A stretch of 64,000 nt of DNA, from positions 38,667-102,666 of the forward strand of contig JAZDFF010000042.1 of NCBI GenBank assembly GCA_043808095.1, read 5' to 3'. Under the pieces are notes generated by a model. It did not search any database. It saw nothing but the letters and a program-made list of their open reading frames with translations, and was not told the DNA's origin. This stretch comes from Candidatus Omnitrophota bacterium. Its GTDB lineage: Bacteria > Omnitrophota > Gorgyraeia > JAZDFF01. The translations under genes were made by a program, and so were the position numbers. This document shows, piece after piece, positions 18,827-28,647 of the stretch. Position 1 is the stretch's first letter, and each line of letters starts with the position of its first letter.

Positions 18827-19732
18827 TTAAATAGGGATTATCTCTTTAAATTTTTTTAATCTTTGATTAATCTCTCTCTTATTCAGCCTGGCAGTGCGCT
18901 TCATGCCAAAACTCTCGACATTAAAAGAGGCAATCACTGTACCCAAGACAAGCGCCTTTTTTAAATTATCCAGGGAAATCCTGCCTGCATTTGCCAGATA
19001 CCCCAAAAAGCCGCCGGCAAAACTATCTCCGGCTCCGGTTGGATCAATTAATTCTTTAACCGGATAGGCCGGTAGAACCATAACTGAGTTATTACAAGAC
19101 AATAAAACTCCGTGTTCTCCCTTTTTGATAATGACAATCTTGGGGCCGAGTTTCCTCAAGGCCCGGCTTGCCTTAAAGAGATTGTGTTCTTGGGATAAGC
19201 TTTTTGCCTCGGCATCATTACAGAAATAGATGTCTACCTTCTTCATCAGCCTCTTCAAAGGTTGTGGTTTATGCGTAATCCAATAATTCATACTGTCTAG
19301 ACCCACAAGCCTCGGGCTATATAACTGCCTTAGAAGACTAGCCTGAATATCCGGGTCAAGATTTGCCAGAAACACTGTTTTTGTATTTTTTTGATGGGCG
19401 GATAATCTGGGTTTAAAGCCGGGTAAAACCCCTAATTCCGTGTGATGCGTTATCGCAACGTTAAAATCTTTTTTATATTCACCTTCCCAACGAAAGCTAT
19501 TTCCTCCAAGCCTTGCCACCGCATCCAGGTTAATGCCTTTTTTCTTCAGAAAATCCAGATGTTCTCGTGGGAAATCCTCACCGATTGCCGAAACCAGGGT
19601 CACCTTCATAAAATGCCTGGCTGCCATGGCAAAATGAACTGCTGAGCCGCCCAGGATATTTTCGCGCCTTTCGGATGGCGTCTTAACCGTATCTAAGGCA
19701 ATCGTGCCTAAGGCGAGGATATTCATTATCAT
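18827..19732 (-). CDS. PfkB-family carbohydrate/nucleoside kinase (ribokinase fold)
   Basis: N-terminal GG dipeptide (ILGGSAVHFA) and C-terminal DPTGAGDSFAGGFL anion-hole motif. Adjacent to mtnP, which suggests a salvage role. The substrate cannot be assigned. Confidence 0.75.
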   Translation of the reverse strand: MIMNILALGTIALDTVKTPSERRENILGGSAVHFAMAARHFMKVTLVSAIGEDFPREHLDFLKKKGINLDAVARLGGNSFRWEGEYKKDFNVAITHHTELGVLPGFKPRLSAHQKNTKTVFLANLDPDIQASLLRQLYSPRLVGLDSMNYWITHKPQPLKRLMKKVDIYFCNDAEAKSLSQEHNLFKASRALRKLGPKIVIIKKGEHGVLLSCNNSVMVLPAYPVKELIDPTGAGDSFAGGFLGYLANAGRISLDNLKKALVLGTVIASFNVESFGMKRTARLNKREINQRLKKFKEIIPI

Positions 19733-19818
19733 TAATAAAATATTAGCTAGATAATAGATGCTAGATACAAGATACTAGTTAAAATTGTTATGTTAGCACG
19801 TAATTTTGTATTTTTAGA

Positions 19819-20679
19819 CTACTTAATGTATTTACTTATAAGTAGAGATAAATTCTTCTTGGTCTTTTTTGGTATGAAAGATTCGCCCGTTATAATCGCA
19901 TTCTTTAAGGCTCCCTTACACTCACAGGTTCTTTCTTCGGAAATCTCTGGGATAACCTTAGTCAGAATTTTCTTGGCATTATCGATATTTTTGTTGAGGT
20001 TTGCGATGATCATCTCGACGGTAACTGGCGTCTCTGACTCGTGCCAGCAATCATAATCAGTCACGGCAGCTAAAGTGACAAAACAGATCTCTGCCTCCCG
20101 GGCAAGCCTTGCCTCAGCCATATTAGTCATACCAATAATATCCATGTCCCAGGACCTGTAGAGTTCTGACTCGGCCTTGGTGGAAAATGCCGGTCCTTCC
20201 ATATTTAGATAAGTTCCGCCGTTATGGACATTAAGGCCTAAACTGTTTATGGCCCTAAAAATAAGTGCCCGGAACTGGTCGCAAACCGGATGCGCAAAAC
20301 TGATATGCGCCACTATCCCGTCAGAGAAGAAGGTCATTTTCCTGGCCTGGTTAGTCCGGTCTACAAACTGATCGGGAAGCACAAAATCAAGCGGCCTTAA
20401 ATCTTCTTTAAGGCTGCCGCAGGCAGTTATTGAGATAATCCTGTCTACGCCGAGTTTTTTCATCGCCCAGATATTGGCGCGGTAGTTTATTTCAGTAGGA
20501 GAAATACGATGGCCTATGGCATGCCGCGGCAGGAACACCGCTTCTTTGCCGGCTAAATTTCCCAGAGTAAATTTATCCGAAGGCTCGCCAAACGGCGTAT
20601 TCACACTTTGTTGTTTAATATTTTTAAAGCCTTCAATTTTGTATAGACCACTACCGCCGATAATTCCGATTCGAGACAT
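19819..20679 (-). CDS. mtnP: S-methyl-5'-thioadenosine phosphorylase
   Basis: MSRIGIIGGSGLY start and the MTAP/PNP-family fold. The ORF-track start at 20733 overlaps proC. The internal ATG at 20679 (MSRIG) abuts the proC stop and is the more likely start. Confidence 0.85.
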   Translation of the reverse strand: MSRIGIIGGSGLYKIEGFKNIKQQSVNTPFGEPSDKFTLGNLAGKEAVFLPRHAIGHRISPTEINYRANIWAMKKLGVDRIISITACGSLKEDLRPLDFVLPDQFVDRTNQARKMTFFSDGIVAHISFAHPVCDQFRALIFRAINSLGLNVHNGGTYLNMEGPAFSTKAESELYRSWDMDIIGMTNMAEARLAREAEICFVTLAAVTDYDCWHESETPVTVEMIIANLNKNIDNAKKILTKVIPEISEERTCECKGALKNAIITGESFIPKKTKKNLSLLISKYIK

Positions 20680-20680
20680 T

Positions 20681-21511
20681 CTACCTCCCTTTGGATAACT
20701 GCTCTGCCCGGTTTTCAGCTGCTTTAATAGCATCTTCTATAGTTCCGCCGTGTTCTAAAACATTTAATCCGGTCTCTGTAGTCCCTCCTGGTGAAGCAAC
20801 CTGCATTTTTAATTCACGTGGAGACAACCCTGATGCCTTGATTAAAGCAATAGTGCCTGAGGTTGTCGCTTGAGCCAATATAATTGCTTGTTTTGGATTA
20901 ATCCCAAAATCATTGACCGCTGTTTGCTCTAAATAAGCTGTAAAATTTATTTTTAATCCTTCTGGAATATTATTATAATCAACATTATCTCTTTCTAACA
21001 CATAACAAAATAATCCTGGTCCACTTCCAGAAATGGCAGTAACTGCGTTCATATGATTTTCTTCTACTATCATAGTCTCTCCCAAAGAAGAAAAAACTTC
21101 TTGTGTAAGAGCTAAATCATTTCCGAGTACGTATCTGCCTTTGCATAAACAGATCATCCCTTTCCCAATCTTTGCCGGAAGATTCGGCATTGTTCTAATT
21201 ACCCTTGCCTTACCTAAAAGTTTCTCAATATAAGCTGTGCTTATGCCTGCGGCAATTGAGATAATTAATTTATCCTTGACTCTGTCTTTAATCTCACCTA
21301 AAACAGAATCAAAATCCCGGGGCTTTATTGCTAATATTAGGATTTCAGATTTCTCTGCCAGGTTTAAGGTATCGGGACAAACCGAAATTCTTAAGAGGCC
21401 TGCGGTTTTATTCTTATCCTTATCAAAAACAAAGGTATCATAATTGTATTTCAGGCGCTCTGCGATTGCCGAACCCATATTGCCATACCCAATAATTCCA
21501 ATCTTTTTCAT
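20681..21511 (-). CDS. proC: pyrroline-5-carboxylate reductase
   Basis: Rossmann-type N-terminus MKKIGIIGYGNMGSAI and the P5CR C-terminal dimerisation region. Confidence 0.9.
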   Translation of the reverse strand: MKKIGIIGYGNMGSAIAERLKYNYDTFVFDKDKNKTAGLLRISVCPDTLNLAEKSEILILAIKPRDFDSVLGEIKDRVKDKLIISIAAGISTAYIEKLLGKARVIRTMPNLPAKIGKGMICLCKGRYVLGNDLALTQEVFSSLGETMIVEENHMNAVTAISGSGPGLFCYVLERDNVDYNNIPEGLKINFTAYLEQTAVNDFGINPKQAIILAQATTSGTIALIKASGLSPRELKMQVASPGGTTETGLNVLEHGGTIEDAIKAAENRAEQLSKGR

Positions 21512-21631
21512 TTTTGATTCTTTTACAAATTTAATCTAATAATTTAAGGATTTTATTAACTCTATTTAAATTCTAAATTCCAATGACCAAAACAAAAATG
21601 GTTTTAAATATTTGAATTTAGAATTTGTTTC

Positions 21632-21678
21632 GTCTGCCTGCCGGCAGGCAGGAATTTTCCCGCTTTGCGGGATCCCGC
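21632..21678. repeat. composite: family B palindrome TCTGCCTGCCGGCAGGCAGG plus family A REP (inverted)
   Basis: The family B palindrome recurs at 58950..58968 and 62318..62342. Its arms also bracket each 90-nt family C element. Confidence 0.85.
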
Positions 21679-21757
21679 TAGATTTGTTTTATATTTTGGT
21701 GCGGGACGTATTTCGTGCTTCGAATTTATGTGCTGTCCTTTTCTAAGTCAGCTTAAG

Positions 21758-22438
21758 TTAATCTGTGTTTCCGAAGATCGCTCTTCCTAATCTAACCATG
21801 GTCGCCCCTTCTTCTATGGCAATTTGATAATCATCAGTCATGCCCATTGATAAAACCTGCAACTCGTCTCTCGTAACTCGAAACTCGTTAATTTTATCTT
21901 TTAGCCCTCTTAGTGCCCTAAAATAGGGCCGGGCATTATCCGGTTTATCGACGATTGGGGCGATGGTCATCAGGCCCTTTAAATTCAAATTCTTAAGGCT
22001 GGCTATTTCTTTTACAGTTTCGATTGCCTCCTCAGGCTTAAGGCCGAATTTTGTGGCTTCATCCGAGGTATTTACCTCGATTAAAATCTCCTGAACCTTA
22101 TTTATCTTTCTCGCCTCTTCGTCAATAACCATGGCAAGACGCAGGCTATCTACGGAATGAATCAGGGAAAATAACTTAACCGCATCTCTTGCCTTGTTGG
22201 TCTGTAAGTGGCCGACCATATGCCATTTAAGAGCTGGCAATCGGCTAAATTTTACCGTTGCTTCCTGAACTCGGTTTTCTCCGATATCTTGTATCCCTAA
22301 ACCGATAACTTCTTTAATATCCTCGATAGTAGCGGTTTTCGTAACTACCACTATTGTAATCTCGTCTTTGCTTTGTTTAGCCCTTTGACAAACTGCCGCA
22401 ATATTATCTCTGATTATTTTAAGATTTTCGCTAATCAT
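21758..22438 (-). CDS. yggS: YggS-family pyridoxal-phosphate homeostasis protein
   Basis: Alanine-racemase N-terminal-like fold, VTKTATIEDIKEVIGLGIQDIGENRVQE. The yggS-proC adjacency is conserved. The likely start is the internal MISENLK; the upstream 20 codons of the ORF-track call overlap a REP element. Confidence 0.85.
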   Translation of the reverse strand: MISENLKIIRDNIAAVCQRAKQSKDEITIVVVTKTATIEDIKEVIGLGIQDIGENRVQEATVKFSRLPALKWHMVGHLQTNKARDAVKLFSLIHSVDSLRLAMVIDEEARKINKVQEILIEVNTSDEATKFGLKPEEAIETVKEIASLKNLNLKGLMTIAPIVDKPDNARPYFRALRGLKDKINEFRVTRDELQVLSMGMTDDYQIAIEEGATMVRLGRAIFGNTD

Positions 22439-22508
22439 CTTGTTAAAGGGATTCACAAAAAACGTTTCGCCCTTGATTACAGAGATTATCCCGCACAATA
22501 GAAAATAT

Positions 22509-22610
22509 CAGCGGGATCCCGCAAAGCGGGAAAATCAGATTACAGAGATTCATGTTAGTCAATAAATCACTGTAATCTTTTCTAAAATCGCCGTAATCAA
22601 CAGCCCAAGA
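22509..22610. repeat. family A REP followed by family D (GATTACAGnGATT / AATCACTGTAATC inverted pair)
   Basis: Family D also occurs at 23404..23495, 30222..30234, 42742..42827 and 48256..48339. Confidence 0.85.
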
Positions 22611-22659
22611 TCAAATATTATAAGGGGCTGTTTGTTAAGTTAACACAAAAGCCAATGTC

Positions 22660-22700
22660 TGTCAACATCTTCAAAAGAAAAAGCAGTCACTAAAAACGCG
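22660..22700. terminator. putative bidirectional hairpin/T-run just downstream of hisH
   Basis: AAAAAGCAG-TCACTAAAAACGCG-CTGCTTTTTCT. A 5-bp stem with A/T runs on both sides. Weak. Confidence 0.3.
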
Positions 22701-22724
22701 CTGCTTTTCTAGAAAATTCAGAAA

Positions 22725-23375
22725 TTATATGTTAATAAAATTTGTTAATACTTTTAGTCCGAGCGCCTGGCTTTTTTCAGGGTGAAACTGTACGCCGAAG
22801 ATGTTGCCCTGCTGAATTACTGCAGTAAAATCCTTACCATAGTTAGAAGTTGCGGCAATAATATTCTTATCTTGCGGCGCGACATAATACGAATGACAGA
22901 AATAAAAGTGTGAGCCGCTTGGTATGCCCTTCAACAGTGGACACCTTTCGTCCCTCGTCCCTCGCCTGCCCTGAGCGTAGTCGAAGGGTCCCTCGTCCAT
23001 CGTCTTCACACTATTCCATCCGATTTGAGGTATTTTCACGCGCTTGGGGAAAATCTTACAGGTCCCCTTAAATACCCCCAGTCCTTTTACCCCTTTTGAC
23101 TCCTCGCTTCTTTCAAATAAAAGCTGTAAGCCCAGGCAGATACCCAAAAAATAGATATCTTCATTTTCAAGTTTTTCTCTTAAGCAAGTATATAAACCCC
23201 GCCGCTTAAGCTCTCTTACTGCATCGCCAAACGCACCTACGCCGGGAAGCACTATTTTAGAGGCGTTTTCTAAATCCTTGGGGCTTGAACAAAGTTTTAC
23301 CCTCGCCCCCAGAAATTCCAAGGCCTTGGCAACGCTTTGTAAGTTGCCCATTCCGTAATCAATAACAGCAATCAT
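22725..23375 (-). CDS. hisH: imidazole glycerol phosphate synthase, glutaminase subunit
   Basis: Class I glutamine amidotransferase with catalytic Cys in GICLGLQLL and the HPEKS His/Glu region. Confidence 0.9.
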   Translation of the reverse strand: MIAVIDYGMGNLQSVAKALEFLGARVKLCSSPKDLENASKIVLPGVGAFGDAVRELKRRGLYTCLREKLENEDIYFLGICLGLQLLFERSEESKGVKGLGVFKGTCKIFPKRVKIPQIGWNSVKTMDEGPFDYAQGRRGTRDERCPLLKGIPSGSHFYFCHSYYVAPQDKNIIAATSNYGKDFTAVIQQGNIFGVQFHPEKSQALGLKVLTNFINI

Positions 23376-23403
23376 TTTCTTATCTACTAAATAAAAATTA
23401 CAT

Positions 23404-23495
23404 TGATTACAGTGATTTTTCCCGCCACAAAGATTGGCGGGTCCGCCAAAGCATTATGGCGGAAAAACCGATTACAGCGATTAATCACCGGAATC
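23404..23495. repeat. family D REP pair flanking GC hairpins (CCGCCAAAGCATTATGGCGG)
   Basis: GATTACAGTGATT ... GATTACAGCGATTAATCACCGG. The inner hairpin also appears at 49399..49419. Confidence 0.8.
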
Positions 23496-23527
23496 TATTT
23501 TGATAATCTCTGGAATCATGCTTTTCT

Positions 23528-24148
23528 TTAATCGATTACCCCTTTGGTGGAGGGAACATCTTTGCGCCGGGGATCAATCTGGCAAGCAGCATCTAAGGCG
23601 ATGCCCATGGCTTTAAAGATAGGTTCAAAGGTGGTGTGAAGATCGGTATTAAGGGGCCCTACTTTTATGTTTAAATTTGCGCCCAATCTTTTGGCAAACG
23701 ACTCTAATAAATGTTCAACATAATTAAATTGATAACCGTCTACTGTTTTGGGCGCGTCGCTAACAGTATCTGCCTTATCTAATTTAAAATAACCTCTGCC
23801 GCTTATATCAATTACAACATCGGCCACAACTGCTTCCATCGGACAAGAGGCAGAACCAAACCTCTTTATCCCTTTTTTATCGCCTAAGGCTTCTTTAAAG
23901 GCATCGCCTAAAACAATACCAACATCCTCATTGGTGTGGTGCAAATCCACCTTTAGGTCTCCCTTGGCATTAATCTCTAAATCAAATAGGCCATGGAAGG
24001 AAAATAATTCCAGCATGTGGTCTAAAATTCCGATACCGGTCTTTATCTTGGCCTTGCCGCTTCCGTCAATATTCAGCTTAACGGTTATTTCGGTTTCTTT
24101 GGTTTTTCTTTTGACAGTTGCAATTCTTTTTTTCATAAATTTGCTCAC
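23528..24148 (-). CDS. hisB: imidazoleglycerol-phosphate dehydratase
   Basis: DLHHTNEDVGIVLGDAF and the other histidine-rich metal motifs. Confidence 0.9.
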   Translation of the reverse strand: MSKFMKKRIATVKRKTKETEITVKLNIDGSGKAKIKTGIGILDHMLELFSFHGLFDLEINAKGDLKVDLHHTNEDVGIVLGDAFKEALGDKKGIKRFGSASCPMEAVVADVVIDISGRGYFKLDKADTVSDAPKTVDGYQFNYVEHLLESFAKRLGANLNIKVGPLNTDLHTTFEPIFKAMGIALDAACQIDPRRKDVPSTKGVID

Positions 24149-25377
24149 TTTCCTTCGGAATATCTAACTTTTACGGAATCTAAATGCTGATTCAGACCCT
24201 CAATGGTAGCCATTTTCTCTAAGGGCTCCCTAATCTTTTCTAAGGCCTTCTTGGAATAACTGATGATGTGATTAGTCTTAATAAAATCAAATACGGAAAG
24301 CCCGGAGAAGAATCTGGCCGTGCCTGCCGTAGGTAGGACGTGGCTTGGCCCGGCAACATAATCCCCCACTGCAGTCGGACTATACGGACCTAAAAATATT
24401 GCCCCGGCATTTTTTATCCCTTTTAGAAGCCGGTTAGGATTTCTGACTAAGATTTCAAGGTGTTCGGGCGCAATTCTGTTAGAAATCTCAACCGCAGAAT
24501 CCATATTCGAAACTAAGATGATATAACCCTCGATATCTGCCTGGGATTTTATTTCCTTAGCCAGAGATTTTGAATTAGTAATAAGTATGGCCAGGCCTTT
24601 GCTATGTTCTGCCTGGGCCTTGAGGTCGGCGATGATAAATTTGGGGTCGCTGAAACGATTGGCAATAATTACCAGTTCCGTCGGGCCGGCAATCATATCA
24701 ATATCCACTAGGCCAAAGACCTGGCGCTTTGCCTCCTGGACATAGATATTGCCCGGGCCGACAATTTTGTCTACCCTGGGAACAGTCTTTGTCCCGTAGG
24801 CGAGCGCGGCAATACCCTGAGCTCCGCCAACGCGATAAATTTCATCTACCTTTAATAGATCAGCCACAACTAAGATATGCGGATTGATATAGCTATTTTT
24901 ATCCGGGGGGCTGATTAATATAATCTTTTTTACGCCGGCAATCTTCGCAGGAAGCGCCGTCATATATACGGTAGAAACTAAAGGCGCAGTACCGGCCGGG
25001 ATATAGATACCAACTTTTTCGAGCGGCCCATAATTCTCGCCCAAGATAAGGCCGTCTCCTCCTTTAAGCCTCCAGGATTTTCTTAAGGTCTTACGATAAA
25101 ACTTGTTGATATTTTCAATAATCAGCTTAAGGCTTGAGACAAAATTCGGGGTGATACTTTGGTAGGCGCCGCTTATCTCATTCGGTAGGACCTTAAGCTG
25201 CCTGGATGATATTTTTACCTTATCGAATTTCTTGGTATACTTTAAAAGCGCCTCATCACCTGATGCACGCACATCTTCGATAATCTTTCGTACCCGTTCC
25301 TCAATACGCCGCGGGCGTAAGTACCTGCGGTCATAAATCTTTTCTAAGGTCTTGCTGTTTGCTCTGATTATTTTCAC
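24145..25377 (-). CDS. hisD: histidinol dehydrogenase
   Basis: HisD fold over 410 aa; overlaps the hisB start by 4 nt. Confidence 0.9.
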   Translation of the reverse strand: MKIIRANSKTLEKIYDRRYLRPRRIEERVRKIIEDVRASGDEALLKYTKKFDKVKISSRQLKVLPNEISGAYQSITPNFVSSLKLIIENINKFYRKTLRKSWRLKGGDGLILGENYGPLEKVGIYIPAGTAPLVSTVYMTALPAKIAGVKKIILISPPDKNSYINPHILVVADLLKVDEIYRVGGAQGIAALAYGTKTVPRVDKIVGPGNIYVQEAKRQVFGLVDIDMIAGPTELVIIANRFSDPKFIIADLKAQAEHSKGLAILITNSKSLAKEIKSQADIEGYIILVSNMDSAVEISNRIAPEHLEILVRNPNRLLKGIKNAGAIFLGPYSPTAVGDYVAGPSHVLPTAGTARFFSGLSVFDFIKTNHIISYSKKALEKIREPLEKMATIEGLNQHLDSVKVRYSEGK

Positions 25378-25491
25378 CCTGTTAGACCTCCAGTGAATTT
25401 AGTTAAAACGTAATTATTATAAAAAATAGCATTTATTATAAATATTTGCATATAGTTTGCATTTTTAAAAGGCCTAACAGGGTTCATGGTA

Positions 25492-28113
25492 TTATTTTTG
25501 ATTGCGGATCAGGGTCTTTAATTTTAAAAAGGCTGCCGGAAAATTCGAAGGTATACTGACGCCTGCCTGGGAAAAATCAGGCCGGCCTCCGCCGTTTCCC
25601 CCGACTAGGATAGCGATCTCTTTAATTAATTTTGAGGCATCGATGCCTTTCTCGCAAATACTTTTGGTCACGCCGATAACAAGATTGGTCTCATTGCCTA
25701 AGGCAATTACTGCAGGGTCTATTTTTTCTTTAATTAAGTCTACGGTCCTTCTTAATGAATTCACATCGATATCTTTTCTAAAGCAGGTGATAACGCTAAT
25801 GCCGTTGATTATCTCTGCATTCTTTATCAGGGGATCTATGGAGTTTTTGAGCGCATCGAATTTTTGTCCTTCCAGCTTCTTCTCGAGGTCTTTGGTATAG
25901 GCCTGTTTCTTACTTAATTCCTCGAGGATATAATCTTGTTGGGTATTTAAAAAGGAGGAAATCGAATTTAAAGCATCTTCCTCTTTTTTAATGGTTTTAT
26001 AAGCGAAGCTCCCGGTCTGGGCCTCAATCCTCCTTACGCCGCTTGCTATTGAGCCTTCGTGCACTATTTTAAACAGGCCGATTGTCCCTGTCTGATCAAG
26101 ATGCGTCCCGCCGCAGACCTCAGACGACACGCCAGGGATAGAAACCACCCTTACAGTATCCTCATATTTATCGCCAAAAAATGCCAGAGCCCCTTTTTTT
26201 CTGGCCTCGGTAAGCCTCATCTCTTTCTTTTTCACCTCATAATTGGCCATGATGTAGCTGTTAACTAATTCTTCAATGCGGCTGAGTTGGCTATCGGTTA
26301 TATCTTTAAAATGGGTAAAGTCAAAACGCAATCTATCCTCGGCCACGAGAGAACCCTGCTGCTTGACATGTTCGCCCAGGACCTTTCTTAATGCCGCCTG
26401 CAAAAGATGGGTGGCAGTATGATTCCTGGCAATGGAAAGCCGCCTCTGGCTATCGGTCTTAACCAGAACCAAATCGCCTTTTTTGAATGCCTGGGATTTA
26501 AACCTTCCCTTATGGATTATAATCTTATTGATCTTTTTGGTATCCAGGACTTCAAAGATAATCTTTCCTTTAATTAACTCACCCGTATCTGCGACCTGGC
26601 CGCCGGACTCAGGATAAAATACGGTCTTATCTAAAATGATAGAGGCCTCATCGCCTTTATTAATTTTCTTTATCTGTTGATTATCCTTTACTATCTTAAT
26701 TACCTTGGCCTTGACTTCTTTATCCTTATAGCCCAAGAATTTAGTCTCCTTTATTCCTAAGTGCAGGCCCTTGACATCAAAGACATCGCCCTTCATCCCG
26801 CTTTGTGATTTTGAACGGTTCTTCTGATTTTCTAATTCACGGTCAAAGGCTTCTTGTGAAAATCCTACACCATGGATTTTTAACCAATCTTTAGTTAACT
26901 TAAGCGGTATTCCATAGGTATCATAGAGCTTGAAGGCAAGCAAGCCGACTTGTTCTGGATCATATTTAAGAGGTCTTTCAGTAATAACAGCTAATTTAGA
27001 AAGGCCCTGTTTTATTAAAGCATCACTTGATTCCAGCGTTGAAATAAAACTATCCTCTTCGGATAAAATAATCTCGGAGATATTCTCCCGCCGAGCCTCG
27101 AGTCCGGGATAAGGATTTTTCATCATGCGGCAGACTATTGGCACCAACTTATATAAAAATGGTTTTTCTATTCCCAGCGACATTAAATGTAATACAGATT
27201 TACGGATAAGTTTCCTGATTACGTAGCCGCGTCCTTCATTTGAAGGCAGCACCCCGTCATATATCGCAAACACTATCGCCCGGATATGGTCGGCTACCGC
27301 ATACATAAATTCTTCTTTAGGCGATCTCTTAACATTGGAATATATCTCTTTTACAATCGGACTAAATATATCAATTTCAAAATTACTCGCTACGCCCTGC
27401 ATGACGGCTGCCAGCCTCTCCAGGCCCATACCCGTATCGATATTTTTCTTAGGCAAAGGTTCTAAGGCACCGGCGTCCTTACGATTAAACTGGGTAAAGA
27501 CCAGGTTCCAGACCTCTATAAATCTGCCACAGTCACAAGAAGGGTTACAATCTTTTTTCTTACAACCTATCTCCTCCCCCCGGTCAAAAAATATCTCCGA
27601 GCACGGCCCGCACGGTCCATTTGGCCCAAGTTGTCTTGCCTCAGATGGCCAGAAATTTTCCTTATCTCCTAATTTTATAATTTTTTTTAACGGAACCTTT
27701 ATTTTATCCTTCCAGATTTTATATGTCTCATCATCATCTTTATACACCGAGACAGAAAGTTTATCCTTATCGATTCCGAGCTCCTTGTTTAAGAATTCCC
27801 AAGCCCATAATATCGCCTCATCCTTAAAATAATCTCCGAATGAGAAATTACCCAGCATCTCAAAAAAGGTGTGGTGATACTCGGTCCTACCCACCTTATC
27901 GAGATCATCAGTGCGTAAGCACCTCTGAGAACTTGCCGCCCGGGAAAAATCTCCGATAAAACCCAAGAACTCTTTTTTGAACTGATTCATTCCGGCAGGG
28001 GTAAATAAGACCGTCAGGTCATCGGCGGGAACTAAAGAGTCGCTCTCAACTATCTTGTGTTTCTTAGATTTAAAAAATTCTAAGAATTTATCACGTAGAA
28101 CATCGGTCTTCAT
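25492..28113 (-). CDS. alaS: alanine--tRNA ligase
   Basis: Class II aaRS N-terminal motifs, editing-domain HxxxH...CGG zinc site, C-terminal DHHA1-like region. Length 873 aa. Confidence 0.95.
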   Translation of the reverse strand: MKTDVLRDKFLEFFKSKKHKIVESDSLVPADDLTVLFTPAGMNQFKKEFLGFIGDFSRAASSQRCLRTDDLDKVGRTEYHHTFFEMLGNFSFGDYFKDEAILWAWEFLNKELGIDKDKLSVSVYKDDDETYKIWKDKIKVPLKKIIKLGDKENFWPSEARQLGPNGPCGPCSEIFFDRGEEIGCKKKDCNPSCDCGRFIEVWNLVFTQFNRKDAGALEPLPKKNIDTGMGLERLAAVMQGVASNFEIDIFSPIVKEIYSNVKRSPKEEFMYAVADHIRAIVFAIYDGVLPSNEGRGYVIRKLIRKSVLHLMSLGIEKPFLYKLVPIVCRMMKNPYPGLEARRENISEIILSEEDSFISTLESSDALIKQGLSKLAVITERPLKYDPEQVGLLAFKLYDTYGIPLKLTKDWLKIHGVGFSQEAFDRELENQKNRSKSQSGMKGDVFDVKGLHLGIKETKFLGYKDKEVKAKVIKIVKDNQQIKKINKGDEASIILDKTVFYPESGGQVADTGELIKGKIIFEVLDTKKINKIIIHKGRFKSQAFKKGDLVLVKTDSQRRLSIARNHTATHLLQAALRKVLGEHVKQQGSLVAEDRLRFDFTHFKDITDSQLSRIEELVNSYIMANYEVKKKEMRLTEARKKGALAFFGDKYEDTVRVVSIPGVSSEVCGGTHLDQTGTIGLFKIVHEGSIASGVRRIEAQTGSFAYKTIKKEEDALNSISSFLNTQQDYILEELSKKQAYTKDLEKKLEGQKFDALKNSIDPLIKNAEIINGISVITCFRKDIDVNSLRRTVDLIKEKIDPAVIALGNETNLVIGVTKSICEKGIDASKLIKEIAILVGGNGGGRPDFSQAGVSIPSNFPAAFLKLKTLIRNQK

Positions 28114-28622
28114 TATCCTTGTGTATTTTCGGCCTCTTTTAATTTAGAAAGTCCGGCCAAAACCTCGATAATTACATCCAGAGAAAAACCGCGGCCCACG
28201 AGATAACTAAAAAGCCTTTTCTTAATCTTTAGGGGCTCAAGGCCCTTTAATCTCTTAAGCCTTTGTATGGTAAGGTGCTTCACTACGCTATATTCATCGT
28301 AGTCTTTCTTGAGCTTTTTAACTGAACTTTCAACCAGCTCTTCTTTAATTCCTTTTCGTTTTAATTCAAATTTAAGGCGCCTAAACCCCAAGGGTTTTTT
28401 TAGCCGCGAAGATAACCAAAGCCGGGTAAATTGTTTATCATCAACAAAACCCAAACCCTTGAAATATCTTAAGACTTCTTTAATTATTTTATTATTGTAG
28501 CCTCTTTGCTCTAATTTTCGGATAAGCTCGAAAGAGGCATACATCCTGACCTTGAGCACTCTAAAGATGTATTCTTTGGCCGAAGCGATATCCTTTTTCT
28601 TACTGGATTCTTTAACCTCCAA
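28113..28622 (-). CDS. recX: recombination regulator RecX
   Basis: Repeated three-helix RecX repeats. Sits immediately upstream of alaS in the conserved recA-recX-alaS neighbourhood. Confidence 0.8.
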   Translation of the reverse strand: MEVKESSKKKDIASAKEYIFRVLKVRMYASFELIRKLEQRGYNNKIIKEVLRYFKGLGFVDDKQFTRLWLSSRLKKPLGFRRLKFELKRKGIKEELVESSVKKLKKDYDEYSVVKHLTIQRLKRLKGLEPLKIKKRLFSYLVGRGFSLDVIIEVLAGLSKLKEAENTQG

Positions 28623-28647
28623 TTTACTCTCTACTTTCTACTACTTG

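Noticed and set aside
22725-25377. hisD-hisB-hisH, considered as a complete histidine operon.
   Set aside because: Only three his genes are present, and hisG, hisC, hisA, hisF and hisIE are not in the window. This is noted as a partial cluster and not as a system.
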